Origin: Kudoa neothunni
Taxonomy: Eukaryota; Animalia; Cnidaria
Reading direction: 5' to 3'
DNA: 64,000 bases
NCBI GenBank assembly: GCA_964304625.1
Contig: OZ199838.1
Location: forward strand, 15,302,729-15,366,728
Position 1 is the first letter of the stretch. Each line of letters begins with the position of its first letter. A program made the position numbers and the translations under genes. Below the pieces are notes generated by a model. It did not search any database, was not told the DNA's origin, and saw nothing but the letters and a program-made list of their open reading frames with translations. Below are positions 52,227 through 64,000 of this stretch, one piece after another.

Positions 52227-53110
52227 TTAATGTTGCATGACAACGCGCACATTTCCCGTCCCTGTTCTCTGCGCATGTATATTATAATTACTGCAATAAT
52301 ATTGCGTGAATCGCATCTCCTGTTGATATTGTATACGTCGATATATTTGCGGAATGGTATCAACATAGTCACCACAAATCTTCAAATTTGACACTCCAAT
52401 CTCATCACCAAGATGATTCTTGCGTGAAAATGCCATGTATATAATAGGCATAGTTTTGATTAGATGAGGTTTCTCGTTTTCATTACTTTCACTTTTGGGC
52501 AGAATTATTCGTGTATCAAGCGATTTGAAATGATTTTTAAAGCAACCCAACAAAAATGATCTGATAAACGGCTGAGACAAGGTGATAACAATAAATTTTC
52601 CTTCGGGTTTCAGCATTCGAGACATTTCCTCCAGATATTTCTCAGCCTTTTTACGATTTGCCTTGTTATCTTTGCAAAAGAGTGAATCAAACAACGCCTT
52701 GTCGATAATAATATCAAAGCGCTGATCTTCGTATGGCATCTAAATCAATCCAACAAAAGTTGTGAATTCAACTGAGAAACATTTGTTACATTCAGCGCAT
52801 CATTAACTTGAAAGTCTATTGTTGGATGGTCGGATTGATATTTTGATTTCATATAATCGACACAGCTTTCCACGACGTCCGAATGAATAACATTTTTGAA
52901 ACCTTTTTTTTCCAATTCACAAGCCAACGTCGAAAATCCAGCTCCCGGTATGAGTATGTCCATTTCGGTGGAAATGAGATCGTTCATCAGCTCACCCTCT
53001 AATTCATTAAAATCGGCGTACCAATCAACTTTTGACTCATCCTTGTTGGCGATGCTCTCCCAAAATTCTTTTTTATCAAATTTTGTCGCATCCCACGTCG
53101 TTCCGACCAT
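52227..53110 (-). CDS. METTL13: METTL13 N-terminal half (eEF1A-K55 methyltransferase domain), 2 exons
   Basis: FDKKEFWE, DWYADF, ILIPGAGFSTL, MPYEDQRFDIIIDKALFDSL and EMSRMLKPEGKFIVITLSQ. Confidence 0.85.
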
Positions 53111-56100
53111 TATAAAATATGTTTTACTCTGTGCGTGCGGCGATAAAAACGAGGATTTATTTGGGATTAACTTCGCTTGTCTGGAGGGGGTTTTTCAATC
53201 ACTTCAGGTAGAGTTATTTCTTGTCTTATTTTTTGAGGTATACCTTTTGAGCTGCAATAATACTCGATTAGCCCCTATTATTACAAACTTCAATAGAAAC
53301 TTTTTCCGCTCAATTAGGTGAACAATTTTAATAATTTATTTTATAGTAAACAAAATAGCTTAGAAACAAATCAGGGAATTAATGAAATTATCCGTCGGTA
53401 TATGTGTGAAAATAAAAAAAAATTATTGAGCGCCATCATTAACCCAAAATGAAAATATCCTAATTATCTCCAGGTACCCTAAGGCGCAAAAAGACAGATC
53501 AATTCCTGTGTAAATATAACTTAGAAATATTGGAAGTTTATGGGTGTGGCATTCATTAGAATAGTTAATAAACGCCTTTTTATAATTACCGAATTATACT
53601 TTAACTCAAATCGGCGGGATTACATTCTAATTTGAATGAACTCGGGTCATTCAATTATTAACCACGAATTTTAAACCTGATAAGGTATTAAAAAAATCTG
53701 AACATTGACGCCTCGCTTGAAAATATTAGTGAGTTTATCTAAAGTATTAAGAATAGAAGCTTCGGTAATACCGCCAACGTATGTTTCCTTTCATTAATTT
53801 AAATCCCATTTTATACATTATTTTCATAAAGATGCTAGAAAATCTAGAGCCTGTGGTTAAAGTTTTTCGTTTTAGAGTTGCTTTCATTCTTATTGGAAAT
53901 TATCCAGTTATGGCTATGTTTTTAAACTTGTGTTTTGCGTAAAAACTGCTACAATAGTTTTTGTGATTAAATAAAATTTTTAAAATATGATTTAAATGCC
54001 TACTTACATCAGATAATTTGACGGTGATCAACTTTAATGACTAGTAAATCAAAAAGGAGAACTTAACTGTTAATTATAGTAAGTTTTTACTATTCTATTC
54101 AGACAAAGTAAAATACTACCTTTAAATTATTTTTAATCTTTGAGTGAAATTTGATAGAATATTATTTATCATTCATTTGAAGTTATTTAGTCACAAAATC
54201 TTTAAAATTGTTATCCTGTTGATGCACGAAATTAGAATTAATGCATGTGGTACTAAGTAATTTCCATTTTGATACTTAAATTGTGATACTTCAAATTCTT
54301 TATTTGCTGTACTTTTTTGTTAGATTACGAAAAATTTTTCTGCGCGTAATAATATTTGAATATTGCAGATTTATGGTTTAAGTTAATTTTGTTTCGTGTA
54401 TGATTCTATAAGATTTAACAACGAGCTTTATAACTCCATATAAAATTTAAAAGACCGGAATATTAGAAAAATATTAAGTTTATGTTTTTTAGTATGATAT
54501 CACCTTTTTATAATCAAGGATTTCTTTTTTTATAAATCTCTAAATAATAATTATAACAATAGTATCTCTTGTGAGGCAAATAACTCAGCGATAGAGCCGG
54601 AAAAAGTTAAGGTAATGCGCCGAAAGTTTGGAACATTAAATTGATTCTATTTATATAACGCATGTGTTATTAAGGAGAATGTGCCTAAGGATAGGTTTTT
54701 AAATAGTATGTAGGAATATATATTATAATTTTGTTGTATATATTTTTAAGAAAATGGTATATTACATCCAATCAAATTAATGACTTCCGATTATATTTTT
54801 CGGTTAATTTAAAAAAACTGAAATTTAAATTAGTGTTGTTTTAGAAAATAAAATAATTAACATAATTGTGTATATAAACTTCGTTATATTCATTTGAGTC
54901 AACATCAGAGTTCAAAACTTAAAATTTCTTACAAGGAAATGTGTGACAAATCCATTTACATATTTAAGCTAATTTTATAATTAGCTAAATAGAATATCTG
55001 AGAATAATTATGTTATTAACTTATTGTGCAAGAGCATCCGACAGAACTTATAACTCATTGAGAAAGGACTACAAGAGACTCAGAGACCATAAATATTTTT
55101 ATTTCGATGAACAATCCTTTTCCAAGAGTTATTTGATTTTTTGCAGGCGGATAACATTGAAGTCGACGTTACTATAATAATATGAAAGGAAATCATACAT
55201 TCATATGGATTTTTACGATAAGAGTTTTCGCCTAAAAGTAATTGTCCATTTTGCGTTTTGATACAAATGCTAATATAGTGAGTCTCAATAAAATTTTAAT
55301 AAATAATTACATGAATTTTTACACATTTGTCTAAAAAATTTATTTACTAACGTTTGAAGGTGTCCATAAAATACATTTATAGATATTATTTTTATAAATA
55401 TTATAATTAAACATGTTAATAAACTGTATCATTAAGAAAAAATATGTCAGAACCTATTAAATTGTTAATCCATATGTTTAATATTTAGTAAATAGAGGTT
55501 TACCATATATGTAGAAAAATTGAAGATCTTTATGGATGAAATCGAAATATTTTGTTGCATATTCTTGAGATGCTTTGTTTCGTGTGTTTCCGTGTTTTAA
55601 ATGGATCAATTAAATCACTTTTTTTAATATTTCGATGATTAATATATAATAGAACTAATACACTTGAAAATATGTTTAATGGAAAAAACCTGAGGTTATT
55701 TAAACGCTTACATGAATTAAATCGATTAAAATACCGATAAAAGTAACAATAAATAAAATTTCTTATCTAACAGAAAATTCTTTTCGAATACATTCAGCAC
55801 TTCGCATTAACCATCGGTATTCCTTATATTGAGACGTAACGAATCCAAAATCACAAAGAATCAGCCTTTAGAAATAATTTTCTAAGGTTCAATAAATGAA
55901 GACAACAATGGATTATGTAAAAGCATAATTATTATGATTGATAAATAAAATACTAATTAGAACCAACTTCTTTAATAATTACTGCAAAAGGACGAAAATA
56001 TTACTCATTAATTTATTTACACAAAAAATTAGATAATAAAGAATTGAGGATAGATTTTCTTCGTTAAGATAAAATAAGAATATCATTCACATCAAATTTA

Positions 56101-56266
56101 TCGTAAGAATATGTAATTTATATTCCAACGCAAGTATTCCGATAAGGACAGTCAGATATTAAAATTTTGCGAATAAAATTAGCTACATATTGATATTGTC
56201 TTGAAATTCTCAAGTAAGATATTACCATGTATTTGTAAGAGGTAAAAATATCAAAAATTGAAAAAG

Positions 56267-56339
56267 TGGAGAATGAGGGTATCGATCCCACTACCTCTCG
56301 CATGCTAAGCGAGCGCTCTACCATTTGAGCTAATCCCCC
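56267..56339 (-). tRNA. tRNA-Ala(AGC)
   Basis: GGGGGATTAGCTCAAATGGTAGAGCGCTCGCTTAGCATGCGAGAGGTAGTGGGATCGATACCCTCATTCTCCA (73 nt), followed by an oligo-T Pol III terminator and with a TATA-like element about 30 nt upstream. Confidence 0.96.
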
Positions 56340-58160
56340 GACGTACGATTGGGGCTGAATGCGTTGATATATACAAGTGAGTTACCTATATTTAAGTTAC
56401 CAGACATTTTTATCTAATTAATTTTTTTGATGAGTTAACATGTATTTTATTCAGAATTAATCCACTTCACTTACAGGCATTTCGAATATTCAACAAAAAA
56501 TTATTGCATGACACTTGATAATAATACGTGTAATTCTGTATGACGCTGAACACGTTTCATATTGCCTTAGATGAATTATTTGCTTTCCAACTAAATATTA
56601 ATAATAAGATAGAAAGAAGTATCATTTGGAACAAGAGGAAAATTGCATCACAATGACCGATTAGACGATTTCAAAGATGACTCAATGGAATCGTTTAGAT
56701 TGGTTTTTAACTTTTACAGCCCAAAATTATTCATTTCCAAAATACTACACAGATCAGAATTAATTTTTATACCCATTAAATTTTTAAAACGAAACTCAAA
56801 CGCAATCGATAGTCTATTTCTTGGGCCTGTTTAATTTCAAGGTACACAGCGGCTTAACTCCATAAATTTTTCTATTTTCCATTGTTTAACACTTCAATAA
56901 AATTAATAACAAAGTATTAATACGGAACACATGTATTTAGAAAGCATATGTACGTAAAAATTAGTTATTATACTTGAAGGTGCTTACGACACTTCATTTC
57001 GCTCTCCGGTTTAATAAGTATAATCTAGCCATTGAAAGTATTGATAATTTGAAATTTCTTTACGTAGTGGATTTTATTAGCCAATAACATCAATTTTTGT
57101 GAAATTAATGATTTTTAATACACGAAACAATAAGCTTCTTAGCCATTTCATCGAAATGTGCGCGTGCTCCATTTTTTATCTGTTTAACCATTCTTATTTG
57201 TCAGTCATATTATTTATGTTCAGAAAATTAAATATTTTTAAAATATAAGAGAAAATTATCATCGAACTAAATTGAGGTAACAACATATATTAAAAAAACC
57301 ATGCACATTTTATTTGTATCACGTATAGTGATAATCCAATCATAATACTAATTATTTCAAATTTACAACGAAAAACGCAAGGGATATATTTTAAATCATT
57401 TAAAACTGTATAAATTAATTTGCACATCCAGAAAACACATTTTTTGCGTTGTGCAACGTATTTTATAAAAAGTAAGTTGTTCCGTCACGACAATAGTTGG
57501 GTAAATAATGATTTTCAATATTTGTTAGAAGTTTAAATACATATTTTACACAAAGAAACGAATTTATTAAATGGAGCATGCAAGTTATAAAGTACAATGA
57601 ACTTCCGATTATCCAGAAATAGCGCCATCCGAAACACATTAGGAATTTTATTTTGATTTTATAAAATCTAACCATTGATAAATATTCGGTAACAGAAATC
57701 TTTCCACCGGCAAAAAGAATTGCCGTTCTCAGATATTTCGTATAATCGAGGTTTCATCGTATTATAATTCAAAAGAATAAAATATCTCAACAAAATTTTT
57801 ATTCAACAACATAAATATATTATCTTGAAAAATTCTTTATTTTTTTTTAAATCAAACATCAGTTAATAAATATATACTTAAAAATAAAATACCTTAAAAA
57901 TTAAGTAAAAATATCTTTTTTCTCATTTAAAAAATTTACTTAAAAACTTTAATTTTTAAACATTTATAATATAAAGCTTTTTCGGATGCTATATTTGATT
58001 TTATCCATGAATTAAATGATTATTTTTCTTATGATTAGGTTGAATACTTTTTAAAGTTTGATATTTTTATTTTAATTATCAACGTTCAGTTCGACTTAAC
58101 ATTTTCAGTATTTGGACTGACTATCGGATATTTTTTGAAAAACATATGGGTCGCTTTTAA

Positions 58161-59357
58161 CCCTCTAACGATCATAAGAACAACTTACCCCCAACGATCA
58201 TTTGGGGTCGAATCGACCCCACATTTTTATTTTTCTTTACTAAAAAATATTTTGTTTCAGTTTACGAAATATGTAAGAAATCTATCGAGAAAGTTTTGAG
58301 TAAATTTAGGTTTACTAACCCATTAATCTTCGATAATCCGTTAATGTACGGATTCAGACAACTTCGTCACATATCGTTAATATTACATACTGAAGAAACG
58401 GCGGCTACATTATGAAATGAGATTTATCTATACAAACTAATTTAATGATGTCAATTATTGCAATTTTAGTGAAATTAAAACAAATAAATATAAAAAGTAG
58501 TTTTACGATTTGTGCGCTAAAAATAACGCATTCGAATGTTCAGTCGTATCATAAGACCATTTACGAAGTATATTATTCCGCTTGGTTTAATTTTTTCAAT
58601 TTTTAAACAGTTAATGCGACATCAAGCTGAATGGTCATTGCAAAAATGGCGATCGCACAATCCGTAAATAACAACAATGAAACATTGATTTTACTATCAA
58701 TGTCATATAGATTGCTGAGCCTAGTGGAGAGTTAAAAAAAATATTTTTTGAGCGTGTTCTTGATGTAGATTCTTTTGTAAGACTCTAAACTAACCTTGAT
58801 TTATTAATCAATGAAGTATCGTATATGCCCAGATGGTCGTCATCAATTTCTCGAGAGACATCCTCATATACATTACCAGACGACTCATCGTTGTGAGATA
58901 CAAAATTAAATTCAGAATCCATAGACATTCTCCTGATACTAAATTACTATTGAAGGGAAAAAATATTTTATATTACCTGATGCAATCAATCAACGAAAGT
59001 GTGCACGAACAGTGTTCGAATAGGTTGCGTCAGATCAGTTCAAAAATTAATTTTGATTTTCCTTAGAATTCTGTCGGTAACATTTTTTAATATATCACAT
59101 AACAAATTTATTGAATTTATGTACAAAATGACGAAATAAAAAGATGGGGTCGAATCGACCCCAAATGATCGTTGGAGAGTATTCTTTGAATTTCGTCTAC
59201 GTAAAAAAACCTAAATTATCCAATATTCCTCAGGTGCTTAGAAGAATATATTTATAAAGAATAGCTTGAATCCAAAAACATTGAAGCTAAGGGAGAAAAA
59301 GTTATACGTTATTCAACTTTAGTTTGGGGTCGAATCGACACCAGTATCGTTAGAGGG
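58161..59357. mobile_element. Non-autonomous piggyBac element
   Basis: TTAA|CCCTCTAACGAT ... ATCGTTAGAGGG|TTAA, with a 31-bp subterminal inverted repeat containing the palindrome TGGGGTCGAATCGACCCCA. No intact ORF. Confidence 0.92.
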
Positions 59358-60677
59358 TTAAAAACGGTTGCGAAAGTATGTTTCGAACGATAAAGTTTAA
59401 TTCAAAAAGTTATCAGAGTCTCAAAATAACACCATTAACTGCTTAAGAACATTATTGGATCTGCTATAAAAACACAAATTAATATAAAATATCTAAATTT
59501 ATTATTTCAAAACTAAAGTTGTAAAATCAGCACACACGTTAAGACTCAACTCGATCACAGACATATTGCAACATTAACGTTCAATAATTTCAGAATTGAA
59601 TAATTATCAATAATTTCACATCTTTTTTTTTTTTAAATCACACTGAAATTAATTTTAAAGAACAAGTGGGAAGACCTGTATGGTACTACTTTACATTCTA
59701 GGCCTATTCAATGATTCCAAACAATTTCCTAATGATATTCTCTATAATATAATTAGTATATTATTTTTAAATCTTTTATGTCGGTTAACAAGTTTAATGA
59801 AGACTAAAAATTCTTGTACATTTGTGGATTAATGTGAGGATTAGCCAAAATTAATCCACATCACAAGTTCGCAAAGATTTATAAACAGATTCCACATAAT
59901 ATAGTTGACGCATAATGAAACATAATTATGATTCATAAATTTACGTAAATTATGCCGGGATAATGTAAGATTTGTATAAAAGGTAGCTTATATAATTTTA
60001 GGAATATTTTTCCAAGATCAATATCTAATGCAGATTTTGACAGCACGTACGACATTTATTCTAATAGGCGACGAAGAATTCGTAAAAATTAAGTTGAATA
60101 AGTTAGATAACTTTAGAAACCTTATATTTTATTGTATTCACAATAGATATAATTGTAAATCTATCCTATAAGAATCACAAATCTACATATTCTTCGTCAA
60201 AGATGACATATCAATATACTAATCAAATTTTATCCAAATATAGACTCGAAAATTGGATTAGAAGCTTATAGATTAGATTTTATAATCCCCAAAATTGGGA
60301 TAGGATAATTTAGCTAGTTAATTGTCAGTTTGTAATGCGTATTACTTTCCCCAAAACATAAAACTATTATTGAGAATTTCATGAATTTTTTTAAATCATC
60401 AAGCGCATTTTTACTGCTCGATTCATGGCTCAAATTATACAAAAGCAATCAAGCGCCCTTCGAAAATCTAGCTTTTAGACCGAATACTTAATCTTTCTTT
60501 TAAATAAACTGAAGCAGAACTCTCCTATCATGAAAAATAGGGTGGGGGTGTTACTTGACGGATGCTTATCTCTTTAGGCGTAGATTTAAAAATGTCACAT
60601 GTGTCACAGCGCAACGTGTAAGACTTTGCTTTGATTCTCACTTAAGTGATATCACTAACTTCCTAAACCATTGTTAT

Positions 60678-62508
60678 ATGGAAGATTCTACAAGTGTATT
60701 CACTCCACATAAATCATGCTTTACATCAGATATTACAGTTAACACTCAGAAAATGCCCGACATATCCATTGAAAATTTTTTCAACAACAGTCATGTTGAT
60801 CAGATGGATAAAGATAACACTTGCTCAAATACGAAGGGCCTTTTGAGTGATCCTTCATATTTCAATCACGATGAGTTCAAAAATGTTATATTTCATGATT
60901 CCCATTTATGGTGTTATAAAAATCAAGTCTTTTGTTTGAGTGTTTGTTTGCTAATAAAACTCACCACTAGATAAGAACCAACATTGGAATTATGGCTATT
61001 TGTTTGAATATGGGTGAAAAATTGCCATTTAGAAAGCGTTTGTTGGAATCTCCCCCGATGATGATTGGCGGTGTTGGTATGAATTCTCCTGTTTGACATA
61101 GAGTGTGTAATTCCAAATAGTTCCTCTAGCAGTCGAAGTGGATTCGCGCGGAGTGTTTCCTCGTTCGTTTGAGAAGGAACTTAGAGATGCTTATCTTTCA
61201 ATGTTCATGCAACTCCAGCCACGAGTACATACTCTCACATCCTTGCTTTGTGCATTGTATGATTGCTTCTTTTTTCAGGTAAGATATTTAATTAATGTGG
61301 ATCCAACTTCTCGCCATCTTCAACAACTGTATATCAACTGTAACAAATCATTCAATGTAATACTATCGAACGACTGAATATTCACCCATTAATGTGTGAT
61401 TAGAATGAACGAATATTTTTCTATTACAATGGTTATGGTGTTCCAGATCCAGAACCGGATGGGTCAATCTATTTGTCTACCTTTGTGAGAATTTTGTGTT
61501 TGGTTGGTCGAATTGTCTATTTTCGTGTAGAATGATAGAGGAATAAATGTGTATGAAAAAATTTCCCTAAAGGAACTCTATCAAAAAGAGAACCCCAAAT
61601 CGCTAACTATTTTGGATTGCTCTTTTTCCGGTATCACTTTCAAATTAAAATCATTGTTTGATTAGAGTGTTTTTAGAATACGTGTTGGATTCCTTGTTGG
61701 ATGGAGAAGTGGAATGTGGCCCTAAAAGTGCCCTCAATAAATTCTCCATATTTCTAGGTGCAACTAGAAAAAATCAAGTGCTACCCTTAAACTCAGAACT
61801 TCCTACCGATATTTTCACTATGTGTTTAACATCCCCGATAGAAACAGCCAATATTTTATTTCATTTTCGAAAAGCTAAGAAAGCCAACGCGAATTTTAGC
61901 ATTAACGACGTGAAAAAGTAAAATATTTTTCGGTAGATGCTGTAATAATGCATTATGTAGGATTCCTGGTGTTAATAACGACAGAAACACACTTAAAGGG
62001 GAAATCAACTGGATATACACTACGATCATGGACACAATTGCGTATGCTTCTTTGCCATTAGGTGAGTTTGTTTATTCTGCACCTATATAAATAAATTTTG
62101 GATAACCAGTGGTTAATTACTTTTAAAATAGCAAAATTTCTCCAACTCTACAGAGGAGATTTACTTTTAGCGGGGTTGATGCGAAATTTTTTGCTGGCTT
62201 CTCGATTACTAGCACCCTTCAATTGCAATCCGGTTTCCTTTCCTAAATTACCTCGTACAATACACCAACATTACCTGTGGCAAGTGTGGGACTATCACTT
62301 TGAACGAACTATGAATTTCGTCCAACATCATGAACACGCTTTCACCTCTCAACTTCATTCTGACTTTTTTATCAACCAAATCAAATCATTTGATCATTGG
62401 TTAAAAATACCGGGGAAGTGAAAAATTTGTACATCCCGAATATTTGACACAAGCACTCCAAGTAGTTTTTTATTCCATTGATTAGAGGTTTGGACAACTT
62501 GTCTGTCG
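60678..62508 (+). CDS. RPTOR: Raptor (regulatory-associated protein of mTOR), N-terminal conserved (RNC) domain exons; partial
   Basis: AICLNMG, ERIFFYYNGYGVP, LP..ELPTDIFTMCLTSPI, IPG..NDRNTLKGEINWIYTTIMDTIA and YRGDLLLAGLMRNFLLASR..NCNPVSFPKLP..QHYLWQVWD. Confidence 0.92.
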
Positions 62509-62770
62509 TATAATTACCCATTTGAAATACAATTCAAAGTAAAAGCGTAGCTTAATTTATCACATTATTGTTAGAAAATAAAAACAATTAATAAGAGAAA
62601 TAATGACTTATGTTAGTTGCTTACAAATTTAATTAAAGCTATACTGTATTAGAAGGTACTTCTATTCTATTTGGTTATTAGTAATTAAACCACCAAATTG
62701 TATATTTTTGGCCTCCATCTTTTAAAAAAGCGCTTACCCGACTCAAAATTAAGTTTTCGTCCTTCTAGAT

Positions 62771-63448
62771 CAGTGCGTCCCAGGCCTCACTGATGGGGAC
62801 AGAAATTTGTGAACGTTTAATGAACCGCTGTGATGGCGCGGAAAATCTTGAGTATTGACGTGACACAGATAATGATGAGATATTTAGATAATATGATGTA
62901 CTTTGAAGTCAATATCGGGATTGTCGAAATCGCTTATTTTTACGTAACGGTTAATACCATAAAAAGTACAAAAGATAATGACTAATTATATAAAAATTAA
63001 TAATAATACTTAACACGTCTTCACCCAAATCTTGCCTCATTTAGAATCATATATCCCTCCCTTTTTTTGATTAAGCCCAATTCAAATTGATTAATTTTGT
63101 ATTTATATTCATTATTTTTGGTTTATTACCTCCGTATTCACAAGTCTTTCCTATTGAAGGCTGAAATATCACGAGTTTCATCAGACGCGGTTTTTGACGG
63201 GATGAAGAACTAAGGATGTTAATTTTTAAGGTTCATCGATACATTAAGTTAGATCTGATCAAACACGTTTTAATTTTAACGAGAAAAGAAATATATATTG
63301 ATTTCTTTAAAATTTTACTGCGATAGAGATCTTTATTCAAAGTTATAAACGGGTTAAGTTAAAAAATCAATACTTTTGAAAGATATGGGTGACAGAACTT
63401 TTTTTCAAAAAAAGTGGGGAATTATAATAAAAAGATTAGGAAAAATTG
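62771..63448. mobile_element. hAT non-autonomous element (uninterrupted relative of the copy at 1-1357)
   Basis: Starts CAGTGCGTCCC, with 8-bp flanks TTCTAGAT/TTATAAAT (6/8 match). Its internal sequence aligns with 60-172 joined to 1179-1357. Confidence 0.7.
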
Positions 63449-64000
63449 TTATAAATGATATTAACTTAATTCAAAATTTAATTTTGATGACAATCAACTA
63501 TTAAATATGAACAATTAAAAAGTGGAGAAAATATATTTTTTTAATAGGAGAGTTAGTTATTAAATTATTTTTATTTTATTTCTTGACAAATTTTGTCTAT
63601 AAAATGACATAATTTGAATTGATTTTTAGCTTAATAAAAAAATAGAAAGAATATTTTCAAAGATGGTTTAAACTTATTTATTTAAGTATTCGTTATTTAT
63701 TAAATAATAAACAAGGAAGCAGTGAAATAACTCAAAATAAATGCATGTATCAGGATTAGTCGTGCAAAAGGTATCAGACTGATTAAGGAAATTTGATTTT
63801 TATTGAGTTATTGTGGATTCTTGAGCTTCTAGTTAGTAAATTTTTTATAATGTTAATGATTTTTAATAAATTTCATTATATGTTAAGGTGGAAGCATTAA
63901 TGATGATTAGTAGAACGGTTAAGTATTTAATATGGGACATATATCAAATTCTATGCAATAATGCGTATAGATCAAAGGTCTCTAAATTACGACCCCCGAA

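Noticed and set aside
56118-56324. 68-aa ORF MVERSLSMREVVGSIP
   Set aside because: It is a translation of the tRNA-Ala gene.
58195-59345. Repeated palindromes as a CRISPR-like array
   Set aside because: There are only three, irregularly spaced, and they are explained as piggyBac subterminal repeats in a eukaryote.

Overview
This is AT-rich eukaryotic DNA with compact genes and mostly short (about 40-60 nt) GT-AG introns, separated by spacers full of transposon relics. A nematogalectin-related gene (collagen plus galactose-lectin, a cnidocyst protein), together with very divergent housekeeping proteins, points to a cnidarian, most likely a myxozoan parasite (inference). Recognisable genes: PPP2R3C, a gamma-tubulin complex protein (GCP5-like), RPS3A, cofactor-independent phosphoglycerate mutase, an apparently catalytically dead ODC/antizyme-inhibitor homologue, nematogalectin-related, WBP4/FBP21 without WW domains, an MTMR10/11/12-type pseudophosphatase, ASCC1, METTL13 in two separated halves, tRNA-Ala(AGC) and the N-terminal part of Raptor. 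Mobile DNA comprises three Merlin (ISXO2/IS1595-like) elements, hAT, Tc1/pogo and MULE-like MITEs, a non-autonomous piggyBac, a Helitron-like cluster and tRNA-derived repeats. The most interesting observations are the AZIN-like pseudoenzyme with a uORF-rich leader (including a candidate spliced, ACG-initiated, Pro-stop uORF), the possible duplication-fission of METTL13, a recurrent NRF1-like GCGCA motif just upstream of start codons, and a Merlin nested in a hAT MITE whose empty site is also in the window. All protein assignments come from motif recognition by eye, not from database searches, and exon boundaries are approximate unless stated.
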